The notes: generated by a model from the letters alone, not told the origin. A DNA stretch of 64,000 nt from an uncultured delta proteobacterium (GCA_963789395.1 CAWBKP010000010.1:1-64000); one strand, 5' to 3'. Counted from the stretch's first letter, positions 29,865 to 40,243 are shown. A program made the numbers and translations.

Positions 29865-30056
29865 TTAATCATTACTTTCGGTTGTTGTGGTGGTGGTCCG
29901 CCTCTCTTGGAGTATGGGTTTTTCGGTCGTCGTGGTCGTGGTTTTCCGGATCACTTCTCCTGTGCTTTCGTGTTTGGGTGCCGATGAACAGGCCATCATT
30001 GTGGCGATCATCATCAGAAGAACTAAATAAGGGATAATAATTTTTCTCTTTTTCAT
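29865..30056 (-). CDS. Small lipoprotein with Thr-rich tail (probable chimera)
   Basis: GAGG RBS, lipobox MMAC, SSAPKHESTGE, then TTTTTTEKP...TTTTTTESN. Confidence 0.65.
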   Translation of the reverse strand: MKKRKIIIPYLVLLMMIATMMACSSAPKHESTGEVIRKTTTTTTEKPILQERRTTTTTTESND

Positions 30057-30170
30057 AGCGGTTAATCCTCTCTACAAGTTTATGGTGAAAGATGTTGAAT
30101 GAAGAACCCAATAGAACAATGCGCTCATCCATCGCTTTGACAGATGCTTCTTGTTCTGCACTGTTTACAT

Positions 30171-30318
30171 TTCAATTATTGTGCCAGGTTTTCAACACAC
30201 AGCATCATTTCACCCATATTCCGATATTTAAGTATAATTTGTGAACAAAGCAGTTACAGACCTGCCATTTGCTGCCCTGTAACAAGGGTCATATTTAACC
30301 ATGCGGTCATATATGCCC
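30171..30318 (-). promoter_or_regulatory. sigma54 promoter module copy 4 (-12 element reads GA instead of GC)
   Basis: Minus TGGCACAATAATTGAA (30171-30186); GGTCATATTTAACC-ATGC-GGTCATATATGCCC (30287-30318). Confidence 0.7.
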
Positions 30319-30496
30319 ATTTTTCTGTCTTTCGGTGTGATGAGCGGCAAAAAATAAGGGCGGATTAAAATGATAATGGATTTTTTCCTGGCGCCTGCAT
30401 CGGAATTGCTTTCAGGAAAATCATCTGATTACGATTCAGTGCTGCGCCAACGGGGAAAAACTCGGAACATTCGGAGATGTTAGACGGGTGGAGAAT

Positions 30497-32018
30497 TTAT
30501 GGTTTTTGGATGCCAAGTTTACGCATGCGCGCGCGCAGGGTGCTGCGGTCGAGCCCAAGGATTTCAGCCGCGCTGTTTTTTCCGCCGATTTTCCAGTGGG
30601 TCTGTTCCAGTGTCTGGACAATATAGTCGCGCTCAACCGCATCCAGGGTTTTTTTGTTTGTGCTTAAACCCTTGAACGGCTTCTTGAGTTCATCAACCAG
30701 GCGCAGCTTGGGACCCGACGAGTTGATGACCGCACGTTCAATGACGTTTTCCAGCTCCCGGACATTTCCGGGCCAGTGATAGTTTTGCAAGGAACTCATG
30801 ACACCCGCCGAAATGAGTTCAATGGACTTGCCCATCCGTTTGGAAATTTTTTTGACGTAAAAATCCACAAGAAGCGGGATGTCTTCCATGCGGTCCCGGA
30901 GCGGCGGCATGGTTATCGGAAAAATATTCAACCGGTACAAAAGATCTTCACGGAAACGGCCCTTGCGGACTTCCTCTTCCAGATTGCGATTTGTGGCGGC
31001 GACAATCCGCACATCGACCTTGACGGTGTGGGAGCTGCCCAGCCGTTCAAACTCGCCGTCCTGGAGCACTCTGAGCAGCTTTGACTGCAGTTCCAGCGGC
31101 AATTCGCCGATTTCATCCAGAAAAAGGGTGGCGCCGTTTGCGACCTCAAATCGCCCCAGACGTCTGGCAATGGGAACCGGTGAACGCGCCTTTCTCATGA
31201 CCGAACAATTCGCTTTCGATCAGGTTTGCGGGCAGTGCGGCGCAATTTACTTTCACCAGAGACCGGTTTTTGCGCAAGCTCAAGCCGTGAATGGCCCGGG
31301 CGACCAATTCCTTGCCGGTTCCCGTCTCGCCCAGAACCAGCACGGTGGTATCGCTGCCGGCAATTTGCTCCACTTTATAGAGCACGTATTTGAGCCCGTC
31401 ACTTTGACCGATAATTTTGTCATGGTTGTATTCCAGTTTGATTTCTTCCTGCAGATAGGCTCTTTCCGCTTCCAGTTGATCTTTTAACATTTTTATTTCG
31501 GAAAGGGCGGTTTCAGCTTTTTGTTTTCCTTTTTCCGCCGCTTCTTTTGCGATGACAAGCTCGGCCGTTCGATTGGTCACCTCGCGTTCAAGAAAGGCGG
31601 TCTGGTCCCGCAGGAAATCGGCCATGGCCTTCAGCGCCAGATGGTTCTTCACGCGCGCCATGACGATGGGCGGGCTGATCGGCTTGGTGATGTAGTCGAC
31701 CGCGCCGAGTTCCAGCCCTTTCTTCTCGTCCTCCATTTCAGACCTGGCGGTGAGAAAGATCACCGGGATGTTCATCGTCTCGGGATCGCGCTTGAGTCGC
31801 CGGCACACCTCGTAACCGTCCATGCCGGGCATCATGATGTCGAGCAGGATCAGGTCCGGCGGCGGGTCCGACGCCGCGATCCTCAGCGCCTTCTCGCCAC
31901 CGTTGGCGATTTTCACCTTGTAGGTATCCTTGAGCAGACTGCTCATCAGCGCCAGGTTGTCCGGCGTGTCGTCGACCACCAGTATCGTGGTCCTTTCGGT
32001 GAAATCGAGTTCGTCCAT
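30497..32018 (-). CDS. sigma54-dependent response regulator (REC - coiled coil - AAA+ - Fis HTH), frameshift near 31170
   Basis: [81 protein letters not shown]. Removing one T gives [15 protein letters not shown]. Confidence 0.9.
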
Positions 32019-32030
32019 GGGTGTTTCCTT

Positions 32031-35000
32031 TCAGACCGATGGTCCGGCGGCGGCCCTCAGCGCTGCGAGCGCCGCCTCGAAGTCGAATGACCGGATGCCT
32101 TCGTCGATCTTGCGGTAGTGGTTGGGGAAAGCGGCGTTAAGCAGGTCCGCATTCGCATCCAGCACATCACCCGCCTCCGCGTCGTCGTCGGCCAGCATTG
32201 CCTCCAGCTTGTCACAGACAGCCTTGAGTTGTTCCGGGTCTACAGCGGCGGCCATCCTTGGCCCGTTCCTCCGGAAGCTTGTGTTCCAGTTGGGTGATGA
32301 GATATTCAAGCGGCATTTTCAACGCGTCGAGCCGGGCATCGATCTCCTCGCGCGGATGGCGCTCCCTGATCGCGGTTTCGAGCTTTTCCGCCAGCTGCTG
32401 CAGGCCGGTGGCGCCGATGGTGCCGGAAACACCCTTCAGCGTGTGGGCAAGCCGCTCCGCGGTGTCCAGGCAGTTGCTCTCCAGCGCTTTGCGGATTTCC
32501 GCCAGTACGGATTTCTGCCCGGCGACGAACTTGCGCAGCATCGAAAGGTAGAGCGGTTTTTTGCCGAGCACACGGCGCAGGCCGTTGGCCATATCCAGCC
32601 CCTCGATGCCGGACGGCAGGTCGACATCTTCGCGACCGCCTGCGGCTTGCCATCAGGACTGCTGCTGTCGCGTGCCGCGGCTTGATCCATTTCAGCAGCG
32701 CCTTCCACAGGTTTTCGGGTTCGATCGGCTTGGCCACATGATCGTTCATGCCCGCCGCCATGCAGCGGTCGCGATCGCCCTGCATGGCGTTGGCGGTCAT
32801 CGCCACCACCGGAAGATCCTTGAAGCGCGCATCCTTGCGGATCTCCCGGGTCGCCGTCACGCCGTCCATCACCGGCATCTGCATGTCCATCAGCACGATG
32901 TCGTAATCGGCGGCCCTGACCTTGTCCAGCGCGATCTGGCCGTTCTCGGCCAGATCGACGATGAAGCCGGCATCGCGCAGCAGTTCGGTTGCCACTTCCT
33001 GGTTGAGATCGTTGTCCTCCACCAGCAGGATGCGGGCGCCCTTGATGGTGGCGAGTTGCTCGAAGGTGTCGGTCGGCGCATCCCCGGCGATGCGCGCGCC
33101 ATCGACAACGCCTCCCAGAATGCGCATCACGCTGTCGAAGAGCACCGAGGCGCTGACCGGCTTGATCAGCACATCCTCGATGCCCGCTTCCTCCGCGCCT
33201 TTTATAACTTCCTCGCGGCCGAAAGCGGTCACCATGATCATGTGCGGCATGCGGCTGAGCGGAAGCTCCCTCAGCTGCCTGGCCGTTTCGTTGCCATCCA
33301 TGCCCGGCATCTGCCAGTCGAGGAACACGATCTCGTAGGGCATGCCCTGGGCCTCGGCGCGTTCCACGGCGCCGATGGCCGCCTGGCCCGACTCGGCCTG
33401 GTCGACCTTGAAGCTCATGCTGCCAAGCAGGTCGCCCAGCACCTGGCGGGCGTTCTCGTTGTCGTCCACCACCAGCACGCGTTTGCCCTGCAGGTCGGCC
33501 GACAGCACCAGCTTGCGCTGCTGGCCGACGCCCTTGCCGAGGCGCGCCGTGAACCAGAAGGTGCTTCCCTTGCCGGGTTCGCTGTCCACGCCCACCTCTC
33601 CGCCCATCAGTTCGGCCAGCTTCTTGGAAATGGCCAGCCCGAGGCCGGTGCCGCCGAATTCGCGGGTGGTCGAGGTGTCGGCCTGCGAAAATCTCTGGAA
33701 CAACCGCCCCATCTGCTCCTCCGTCAGGCCGATGCCGGTATCGCGCACGGCGCAGTAGATCAGCACGTCGTCGTCGGTCTGCTCCTTGAGGCGGATGATG
33801 ATGTCGATCTCGCCATGCTCGGTGAACTTGACGGCATTGTTGCCGTAGTTGATAAGAATCTGCCCCAGCCGCAGCGGATCGCCGATCAGGTTGGGCGGCA
33901 CGTTCCTGTCCACGTCAAAGACCAGTTCCAGCCCCTTGGCGGCGGCCTTCTCGGCGATCAGGTTGGCCACATTGTCAAGCACCTTCTCCAGTTCGAACTC
34001 GGTGTGCTCGATCGTCAGCTTGCCCTCCTCGATCTTCGAGAAATCGAGAATATCGTTGATGATGTTGAGCAGATGCCGGCTGGAAAGCTTGATCTTCTTG
34101 ATGTAGTCGCGCTGGCGGGGCGTCAGTTCGGTCTTCAGCGCCAGATGGGACATGCCGATGATGGCGTTCATCGGCGTGCGGATCTCGTGGCTCATGTTGG
34201 AGAGAAAATCCGATTTGGCGAGGTTGGCTTTTTCCGCCACGGCCTTGGCTTTCTCCAGCTCGGCGGTCTTTTCCTGCAGCACCTGATCCAGGAGTTTGCG
34301 CTCCGTGATGTCGCGCGCAGCGGCGAACACGCCCTGCAGCCTCCTGTCCCGATCGTAGAAGGTGGTGGCATTCAAGGACACCACCGTTTCCTGCCCGTCC
34401 CTGGTGCGCGCGGTGAGCTCGTAGTTGGTGACCTTTTTTTCGCTCAGCACGCGTTTGATGCTTGCCTCGGCCCGCTCCGGATCCGTAAAGTAATTCTTGA
34501 ACGGCGCGCCGATCAATTCGTCGCGCGTGCAATCGGTGAGCGCCTCCATCTGCTTGTTGACATCGGTGATGATGCCGGACGGATCGGTGGTCATCAGCGC
34601 GTCGATATTGGATTCAAAGAGGGAGCGCGTGTAGAACTGATAGTCGCGCAGGCGCTGATCGAGCTGATTTCGCACGGTGATATCACGCAAAATGCCGGTG
34701 AAGTATCGCTGGCCACCCAGCCACATTTCGCTTACCGCAATCTCCAACGGAAAAGTGCTGCCATCCTTGCGCCTGCCGGTGACTTCGCGTCCGAGGCCGA
34801 TAGCGCGCGCCTCTTCGCTCGCACTGTAATACTCGAGCGAACCATTGCGCTGGTCCTGATCCAGTTCGGGGATCAGCAGGCTGAATTTCTGTCCGATGAA
34901 TTCTTCGGCGGCATAGCCAAACATTCGCTCGGCGGCCGGATTCACCGTCTGGACGATGCCGCCGTTGGCGTGGAGGGTGACGATGCCATCCTCCACGGTA

Positions 35001-36523
35001 TTGAGAATGGTCTGGATCAGCGCAGCACTGTCGCGCAAGGCCTGCTGCGCCGCATATTCCCCGGTGACATCGCGGAACACCAGCACGGCGCCGATCACCT
35101 GACCGTCCCGGTCGCGAATCGGCGCGCAACTGTCGGCAATATCGCACTCGCCGCCATCGCGTGCAATCAGCACGGTGTGGTTGGCCAGGCCCTGTATCAT
35201 GCCCTGCGCCAGGGTTTCAACAACCGGAATCGTGGCCGGGTGGCGGGTTTCTTTGTTGATGATGTGAAAAATATCGCTCACCGGGCGTCCGCCGGCCTGC
35301 GCCATCGTCCAACCGGTGAGCTTTTCGGCAAGGGGATTCAGGAGTGTCACACGTGCTTCGGTATCGGTGGTTATTACGGCATCGCCAATGGAGTTGAGCG
35401 TCACCGCGAGTTTTTCCTCGCTGTCCCGCAAGGTGACGTTGGCCTGCTGCAGTTGTTTGTTTGTCTCCTGCTGAATCTCGATCAAATGCTGCCGCTCTGC
35501 TTCGACCTGCTTGCGCGCGGTGTTGTCCGTGCCAATCAGCAGGTAACCGATGATGGCGTTTTTTTCGTCGCGCAGGGCCGTGACCGAAACGATTGCCGGG
35601 AACCGACTGCCGTCCTTGCGGATGTAGGTCAGCTCGTAGATGTCCTCGATGCCGCGTGACGCCTTGAAAACCAGCGCCTCGAAGCCCGGTGTAATCGGGG
35701 TTCCGAGTTCGACGCTGAGCGCTTCGGCGCGCGCGATCACTTCCCGCGGATCGGAAATTTCGGCCGGCGTGATTTTGTTCATCACTTCGGCGGCCGTATA
35801 GCCCAGCATGCGCTCGGCACCGACATTGAAGATCTGGATGACGCCCTTTGCGTCGGTTGCGATACTCGAGAAATTGGCGCTGTTGAAAATCGCGTTTTGA
35901 AGCGCACCCGTCTTGAGCAGCTCTTTTTCAGCCCGCTTTCGCTCAGTGATGTCACTCATCACGATGCGGCATACGGGAGCGCCGTCCGTATCCTGCGAGG
36001 TGGCCAATTCCAGATGCGCCCAGAATTGCGTGCCGTTCTTTTTCACCATCCTCAGATCGCATGCCAGCGGTTCACCGGCCTGCCTTGTGCCTGCCGAAAG
36101 GGTTTCCGAGAGTTGTTTGCGGTACAGGTAGTAGATGTCCTGGTCTTCTTTGCGGATAAACCGGGTGATCGGCTGCTTGACCAGTGCGCCCCGGGCCATG
36201 CCCAGCAGCGTCGCAGCGGTCAGGTTGGTCTCCAGAATCAATCCATTTTCGGAGACGGTGCAATATCCCACCGGCGCCAGATCATAGAGGTCGAAATAGC
36301 GCCCCCGTTCGGCGTCCAGTTCCTGCTGCGCCGCGCGCAACTCTTCGTTCTGGATCTCAAGTTCAATCTGGTGCACGCGCAACTCGTGGAGCATCCGCCG
36401 GGTTTCTTCAGGAGACAGGGATTGGATGTTTTCCGTCGACTGCGCCACTTTTTCCCGGGCGATCTCTTCGGCCCGACGTCTCAGTTCGGTGTCTTTTTCG
36501 GGTTGGATATCCTTGTTTTTCAT
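32031..36523 (-). CDS. Hybrid sensor kinase 5xPAS-HisKA-HATPase-REC-REC-Hpt (frameshifts near 32640 and 32270)
   Basis: Five PAS/PAC units; [44 protein letters not shown]; two receivers (DWQMP, DMQMP); Hpt [17 protein letters not shown] in the downstream frame; no TM helices seen. Confidence 0.9.
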
Positions 36524-36560
36524 TGTTGGCTTCCTTCATTTTACGGCCGCTCATCGGATG

Positions 36561-37701
36561 CTACCCAATCATGCGATCTTTTCTCCATCTTAAAATTCCC
36601 CGCAATCCTTCCTGTGCAACTTTTTTCCCCTGGAGTTCGTAGAAAATTGTAAAATTCAAAGCATTTATTACATCAATGCTTTGCTCCTTCGCATTCACAA
36701 AAGGGCTCAGTATTAAAAATTTCCTGAAAAATGGTTTTAAATTCGAGCAACCGTTTTTTTGCAAATAACTGATGAAGCGTTTTGGCCTGTGTTTCCTCAA
36801 AATTCAATTCTCCGAGACGTTTTTCAATATAAATCTGTGTCCTCAGTGTAACCTTAACCCCCAATATCGCTTCAATATTCGTTTCAATCTCAGACGCCGA
36901 TAATTTCCGGCAAATCTTATTCTTTCCCATGGCAGTTGCATCAGTCCCATTACTGCAAGGCGTTGCCGCATTTCCTTTAACTGCCGAAATATTTGTTAGA
37001 CTGTGCGCCTCCGATAGGCGACACAAATATTCAGCCTGATGCGCAGCCACTTGGAGATAGGCGCTCAAATTGTAAAAGCCTGCATGGATATGCTCTGGAA
37101 ATTTTATGCCGCTTCGACTGCTCATATATCGATATTTGTGATCAATCTCGCTCCACGCCTCTTCGAGAATGGTCCGCAATTGTAACTCGAAGCAAAGGTC
37201 CTTCAACACCGGCGGAGCATCCGAATTTTCGCCCAGTTTTATCTTGTAATGGATGGAAGAGTATCCGGTGTATCTTGGATCTACGCTATCCGGGATCGAT
37301 TCGCCGGGATCAACCGGCAGCAGGAAAGACTTCTTTGGATCAGGACCTTCTACAAAATTCAAAATATTTTCTTCGGACAACAATTTGAGATAGGTCTCAA
37401 TTTTTTCAATATCCGAAAGACGCAGGCAGATGATCCGGACACCCAATAGATCACCGACATTTTCCTGATAATTTTTTTCCGTAATTATCCGTGCACCGGT
37501 AGCCATCCCTTCATCCAACATATTGATTTTCTCAATCAGCCTCTGTTCGTCCTTGATGCGGTATATAACGGTGTGCAGACTTTCTTTTGGCGACGATGGA
37601 TCGTCCTGGATCAGACGAACGATATATTCAGCAAGTTTTTTATATCTTTCTTTTTCCTTCAAAAACGAGATGAGGATCGCCTCTTTCTGGTGTTTCTTCA
37701 A
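36561..37701 (-). CDS. RelA/SpoT-domain small alarmone synthetase-like protein; probable frameshift near 36700
   Basis: YRIKD...EK, DLLGVRIICL, GYSSIHY, FELQLRTILEEAWSEIDHKYRY. TTG start at 37701 follows GAGGAG; removing one T from TTTT extends the ORF to the stop at 36561. Confidence 0.8.
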
Positions 37702-37819
37702 ATACCGATTCTCCTCGATAAATTTGTGTACCGACAGACCGTCACCGCCGTAATACCGAACAACATGCTTAATGATATGCGCATTTTCTTTTGTTTTTTT
37801 GCCTTCACGACAAATACCG

Positions 37820-39025
37820 TTAGAATCCCAGCGACACTTCCATGCCATAGTAATCAACCTTATTGTTATAAAACTGGCCATACGGATCATACCCACTGTA
37901 CCACACTGCCATGAGGCGCAGGCGGCGCTGGCCCGGGTAGGGATGACCAAACTCGAGGCCTGCCTTGATGCTGGTATCGACGGACCAGTCATTCTCCTCC
38001 GTGCTCTTCATATCCACCCCGGCGATTGGTCTGCCGCTCCAAACAAGCGGCTTGATACCGCGATACTCGAGCCCCCAGTGGGCGATTGCCGGCTTGAGAT
38101 CACTCGGTTCCTTGTGGACCAGGTACTCCCCGCCACCGTAAACTCGCCACTCTCGCCAATCGCGGGAATAGATGAGCTCAGTGGATTCGTAGCTGAGGTT
38201 AACCCGTTCCGGATGATTGGCGCTCAGGAGCAGTTCATCCCCCAGATGCGAGCTCTGATGATAAAGGCGGACACGGAGCGAATTGTCGCCATACCGGTAG
38301 GTAACCGGAATGCCGATGGTGTAGTCCGCATTGATAAGGTCGGAGGAAGCGGAATCCAGGTTGAATTGGGCGAACAGAGCGCCTTCCAGGCTCAATTGAA
38401 GCCCGTCCCCCTCGCGGCTGCCGAAAAACCTGTATATGCCGAATGTCTCCCCGAAGCCGACGGACGCCATGGTGTATCGGACATCCAGTGAGCTGAAACT
38501 AAGGAGGCTGACAAAGAACCGCGGCTGCTTCGGGTCGGCAATGAGCGGCCAGAACAGATCGCCAACTGGAAAGGTTTCTCCCTGGGCGGTAACCCCCATA
38601 AAACTGCCTTCCGCTTCCGGCTTGACGGCGTCTGCAGGCTTTACCACGATCGTTACCCCCTTGAGTCCATCGATAGCACGCAACTGCTTGTCGGCCGCCT
38701 CCTGCCGAATCGGGTCCTCTTTATACAAGGTAATTGTGGCAACTCCGTTGACAATCTTCAACATATAGCTGTCTCTTTCCCAGTTCAGGTCCCGCTCAAG
38801 GATGGAGGCAACATAACCGGTCAGAAATTCATCGCCGGACCTGTTTGCGGCCACTGCGGGGAGAGAGGTGAAAAGGAGCATGAGACAGAGGAAGGCGGCG
38901 AAGAGGCGTCCGGTAACATTCACACAGGTGGTGATACGCAGCAGCATGGTCACGTCATTTTCCTTTTTATTGGCAGAACAGGGGGCGTCAAACGCCAGAC
39001 CGATGGGTCCGGCATCCTGGCTCAT
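37820..39025 (-). CDS. DUF1207 family outer-membrane protein
   Basis: LFWPLIADPKQPRF, FAQFNLD..S.DLINADY, RLYHQSSHLGDE, GYDPYGQFY; C-terminal Phe. Start may be about 25 codons later. Confidence 0.8.
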   Translation of the reverse strand: MSQDAGPIGLAFDAPCSANKKENDVTMLLRITTCVNVTGRLFAAFLCLMLLFTSLPAVAANRSGDEFLTGYVASILERDLNWERDSYMLKIVNGVATITLYKEDPIRQEAADKQLRAIDGLKGVTIVVKPADAVKPEAEGSFMGVTAQGETFPVGDLFWPLIADPKQPRFFVSLLSFSSLDVRYTMASVGFGETFGIYRFFGSREGDGLQLSLEGALFAQFNLDSASSDLINADYTIGIPVTYRYGDNSLRVRLYHQSSHLGDELLLSANHPERVNLSYESTELIYSRDWREWRVYGGGEYLVHKEPSDLKPAIAHWGLEYRGIKPLVWSGRPIAGVDMKSTEENDWSVDTSIKAGLEFGHPYPGQRRLRLMAVWYSGYDPYGQFYNNKVDYYGMEVSLGF

Positions 39026-39312
39026 TTGAACTTTGAGGCCGCATTGTGGTAGGCTGTCTTGACTTCATCCCAGGCTTTTTCCGCGCCTGTTTTGACGTCT
39101 TCCCATGCCTCGTCTCCGGCGGTCTTCAGCTCGCGCAATCTTGTTCCGGCAACTTCTTGTTTGTGCTCCAACGCTTCGATGTTTTTGTAGTATTCGATCT
39201 TCGCATCGGCCTTGGCCTTGTCCGCCTTGGCCTTAAGCAGCGCTATCTGCGCGTTCCATTCTTGGAACTGCGCCTCGAGCTTTTCTTCATATGCTTTTCG
39301 TTTGTCCTTCAT
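39022..39312 (-). CDS. Small coiled-coil stress protein (Sll1863-like)
   Basis: KAYEEKLEAQFQEWNAQIALLKAKADKAKADAKIEY...GDEAWEDVKTGAEKAWDE. Confidence 0.8.
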   Translation of the reverse strand: MKDKRKAYEEKLEAQFQEWNAQIALLKAKADKAKADAKIEYYKNIEALEHKQEVAGTRLRELKTAGDEAWEDVKTGAEKAWDEVKTAYHNAASKFK

Positions 39313-39354
39313 TTAAAATTCCTTTTCAGTTTATTGAGTGTATCTTCAGAAGAT

Positions 39355-39546
39355 TCACTTCCCGATACGAATCCTTGAGATGTCACCAATGAGTCCGAAA
39401 ACACTCAAAAGCCAGAGAATAACCCCAATAACCACGACGGCATTGAGGATTTTCTTAATACTGCTCTGCATCGGTATGTAATTGTTAATCACCCACAGGA
39501 TCACCCCGACGACAACCAAAACAATGACCAATTGTATCAACGGCAT
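39355..39546 (-). CDS. Thivi_2564-like small membrane protein
   Basis: MPLIQLVIVLVVVGVILWVINNYIPMQSSIKKILNAVVVIGVILWLLSVFG. Confidence 0.8.
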   Translation of the reverse strand: MPLIQLVIVLVVVGVILWVINNYIPMQSSIKKILNAVVVIGVILWLLSVFGLIGDISRIRIGK

Positions 39547-39697
39547 GGTATTTCTCCTTTCATCTTGCGCATTGACGGAGAAGAGACCGGTTCTCTCGCC
39601 ATGGAGCAGTGAGACGTCATAAACCTCGCATTTGAAGGGGCACCCCGAAATTCTGGCGAAATGGGAAGTACTTTGATGGAATGCCCCTTATCCATTC

Positions 39698-40009
39698 TTA
39701 TTTCTTTTCGACCTTCAAAAGGTTCTTAACGGATTTCACGCCCTTGATTTTCCTGATGTTTGATACAAGCCGGTTCTCGGTCGTTGTGCTGTTCACAAAA
39801 CCGGTAAGCACAACCTCTCCTTTTGTGACCGTCACTTCGATCTTTAAATAATGGGCATCCGGATCTTGAACTACGATCGCTGTTGCTTGTGTATAAATCG
39901 ATGAATCGTCGACATGCTCACCTGCTGTCTCGCCCGTCATCATCGCGCAGCCCGAAAACATGGCCAACCCAAACACCATTAACACTGTCATAAGAATCGC
40001 TTTTTTCAT
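39698..40009 (-). CDS. BON domain lipoprotein
   Basis: Lipobox FSGC, TAGEHVDDSSI, IEVTVTKGEVVLTGFV, IKGVKSVKNLL. Confidence 0.88.
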   Translation of the reverse strand: MKKAILMTVLMVFGLAMFSGCAMMTGETAGEHVDDSSIYTQATAIVVQDPDAHYLKIEVTVTKGEVVLTGFVNSTTTENRLVSNIRKIKGVKSVKNLLKVEKK

Positions 40010-40095
40010 TTTCATTTCTCCTTTTCTTAGATGCGCAATCATACGATTGCACGATTAATAAATAACGATGGCAAATTCGTTCCTGATTATACAGT

Positions 40096-40243
40096 TGCAC
40101 GCATTGTGCCAGTTTTCCAACACGCAGCGTCAAGCCACTCATCTATTTGATTTTAAATAATAATTTGTTAACAATGCACTTATACGACTGGCATTGGCGG
40201 ATAGAAATAAAGGGTCATATTTAACCGATGGTTATATATGACC
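40096..40243 (-). promoter_or_regulatory. sigma54 promoter module copy 5
   Basis: Minus TGGCACAATGCGTGCA (40096-40111); IHF-like AATCAAATAGATG (40140-40152); GGTCATATTTAACC-GAT-GGTTATATATGACC (40213-40243). Confidence 0.82.

Noticed and set aside
32561..35659. 1032-aa plus-strand ORF
   Set aside because: Antisense shadow of the GC-rich hybrid kinase; no motifs.
37702..37992. N-terminal extension of the RelA/SpoT ORF
   Set aside because: Overlaps the DUF1207 gene; a strong RBS supports the TTG start at 37701.
5932..40243. Five dispersed repeats as a CRISPR array or integron attC sites
   Set aside because: They are kilobases apart, no cas or integrase gene is present, and there are no RYYYAAC/GTTRRRY ends.
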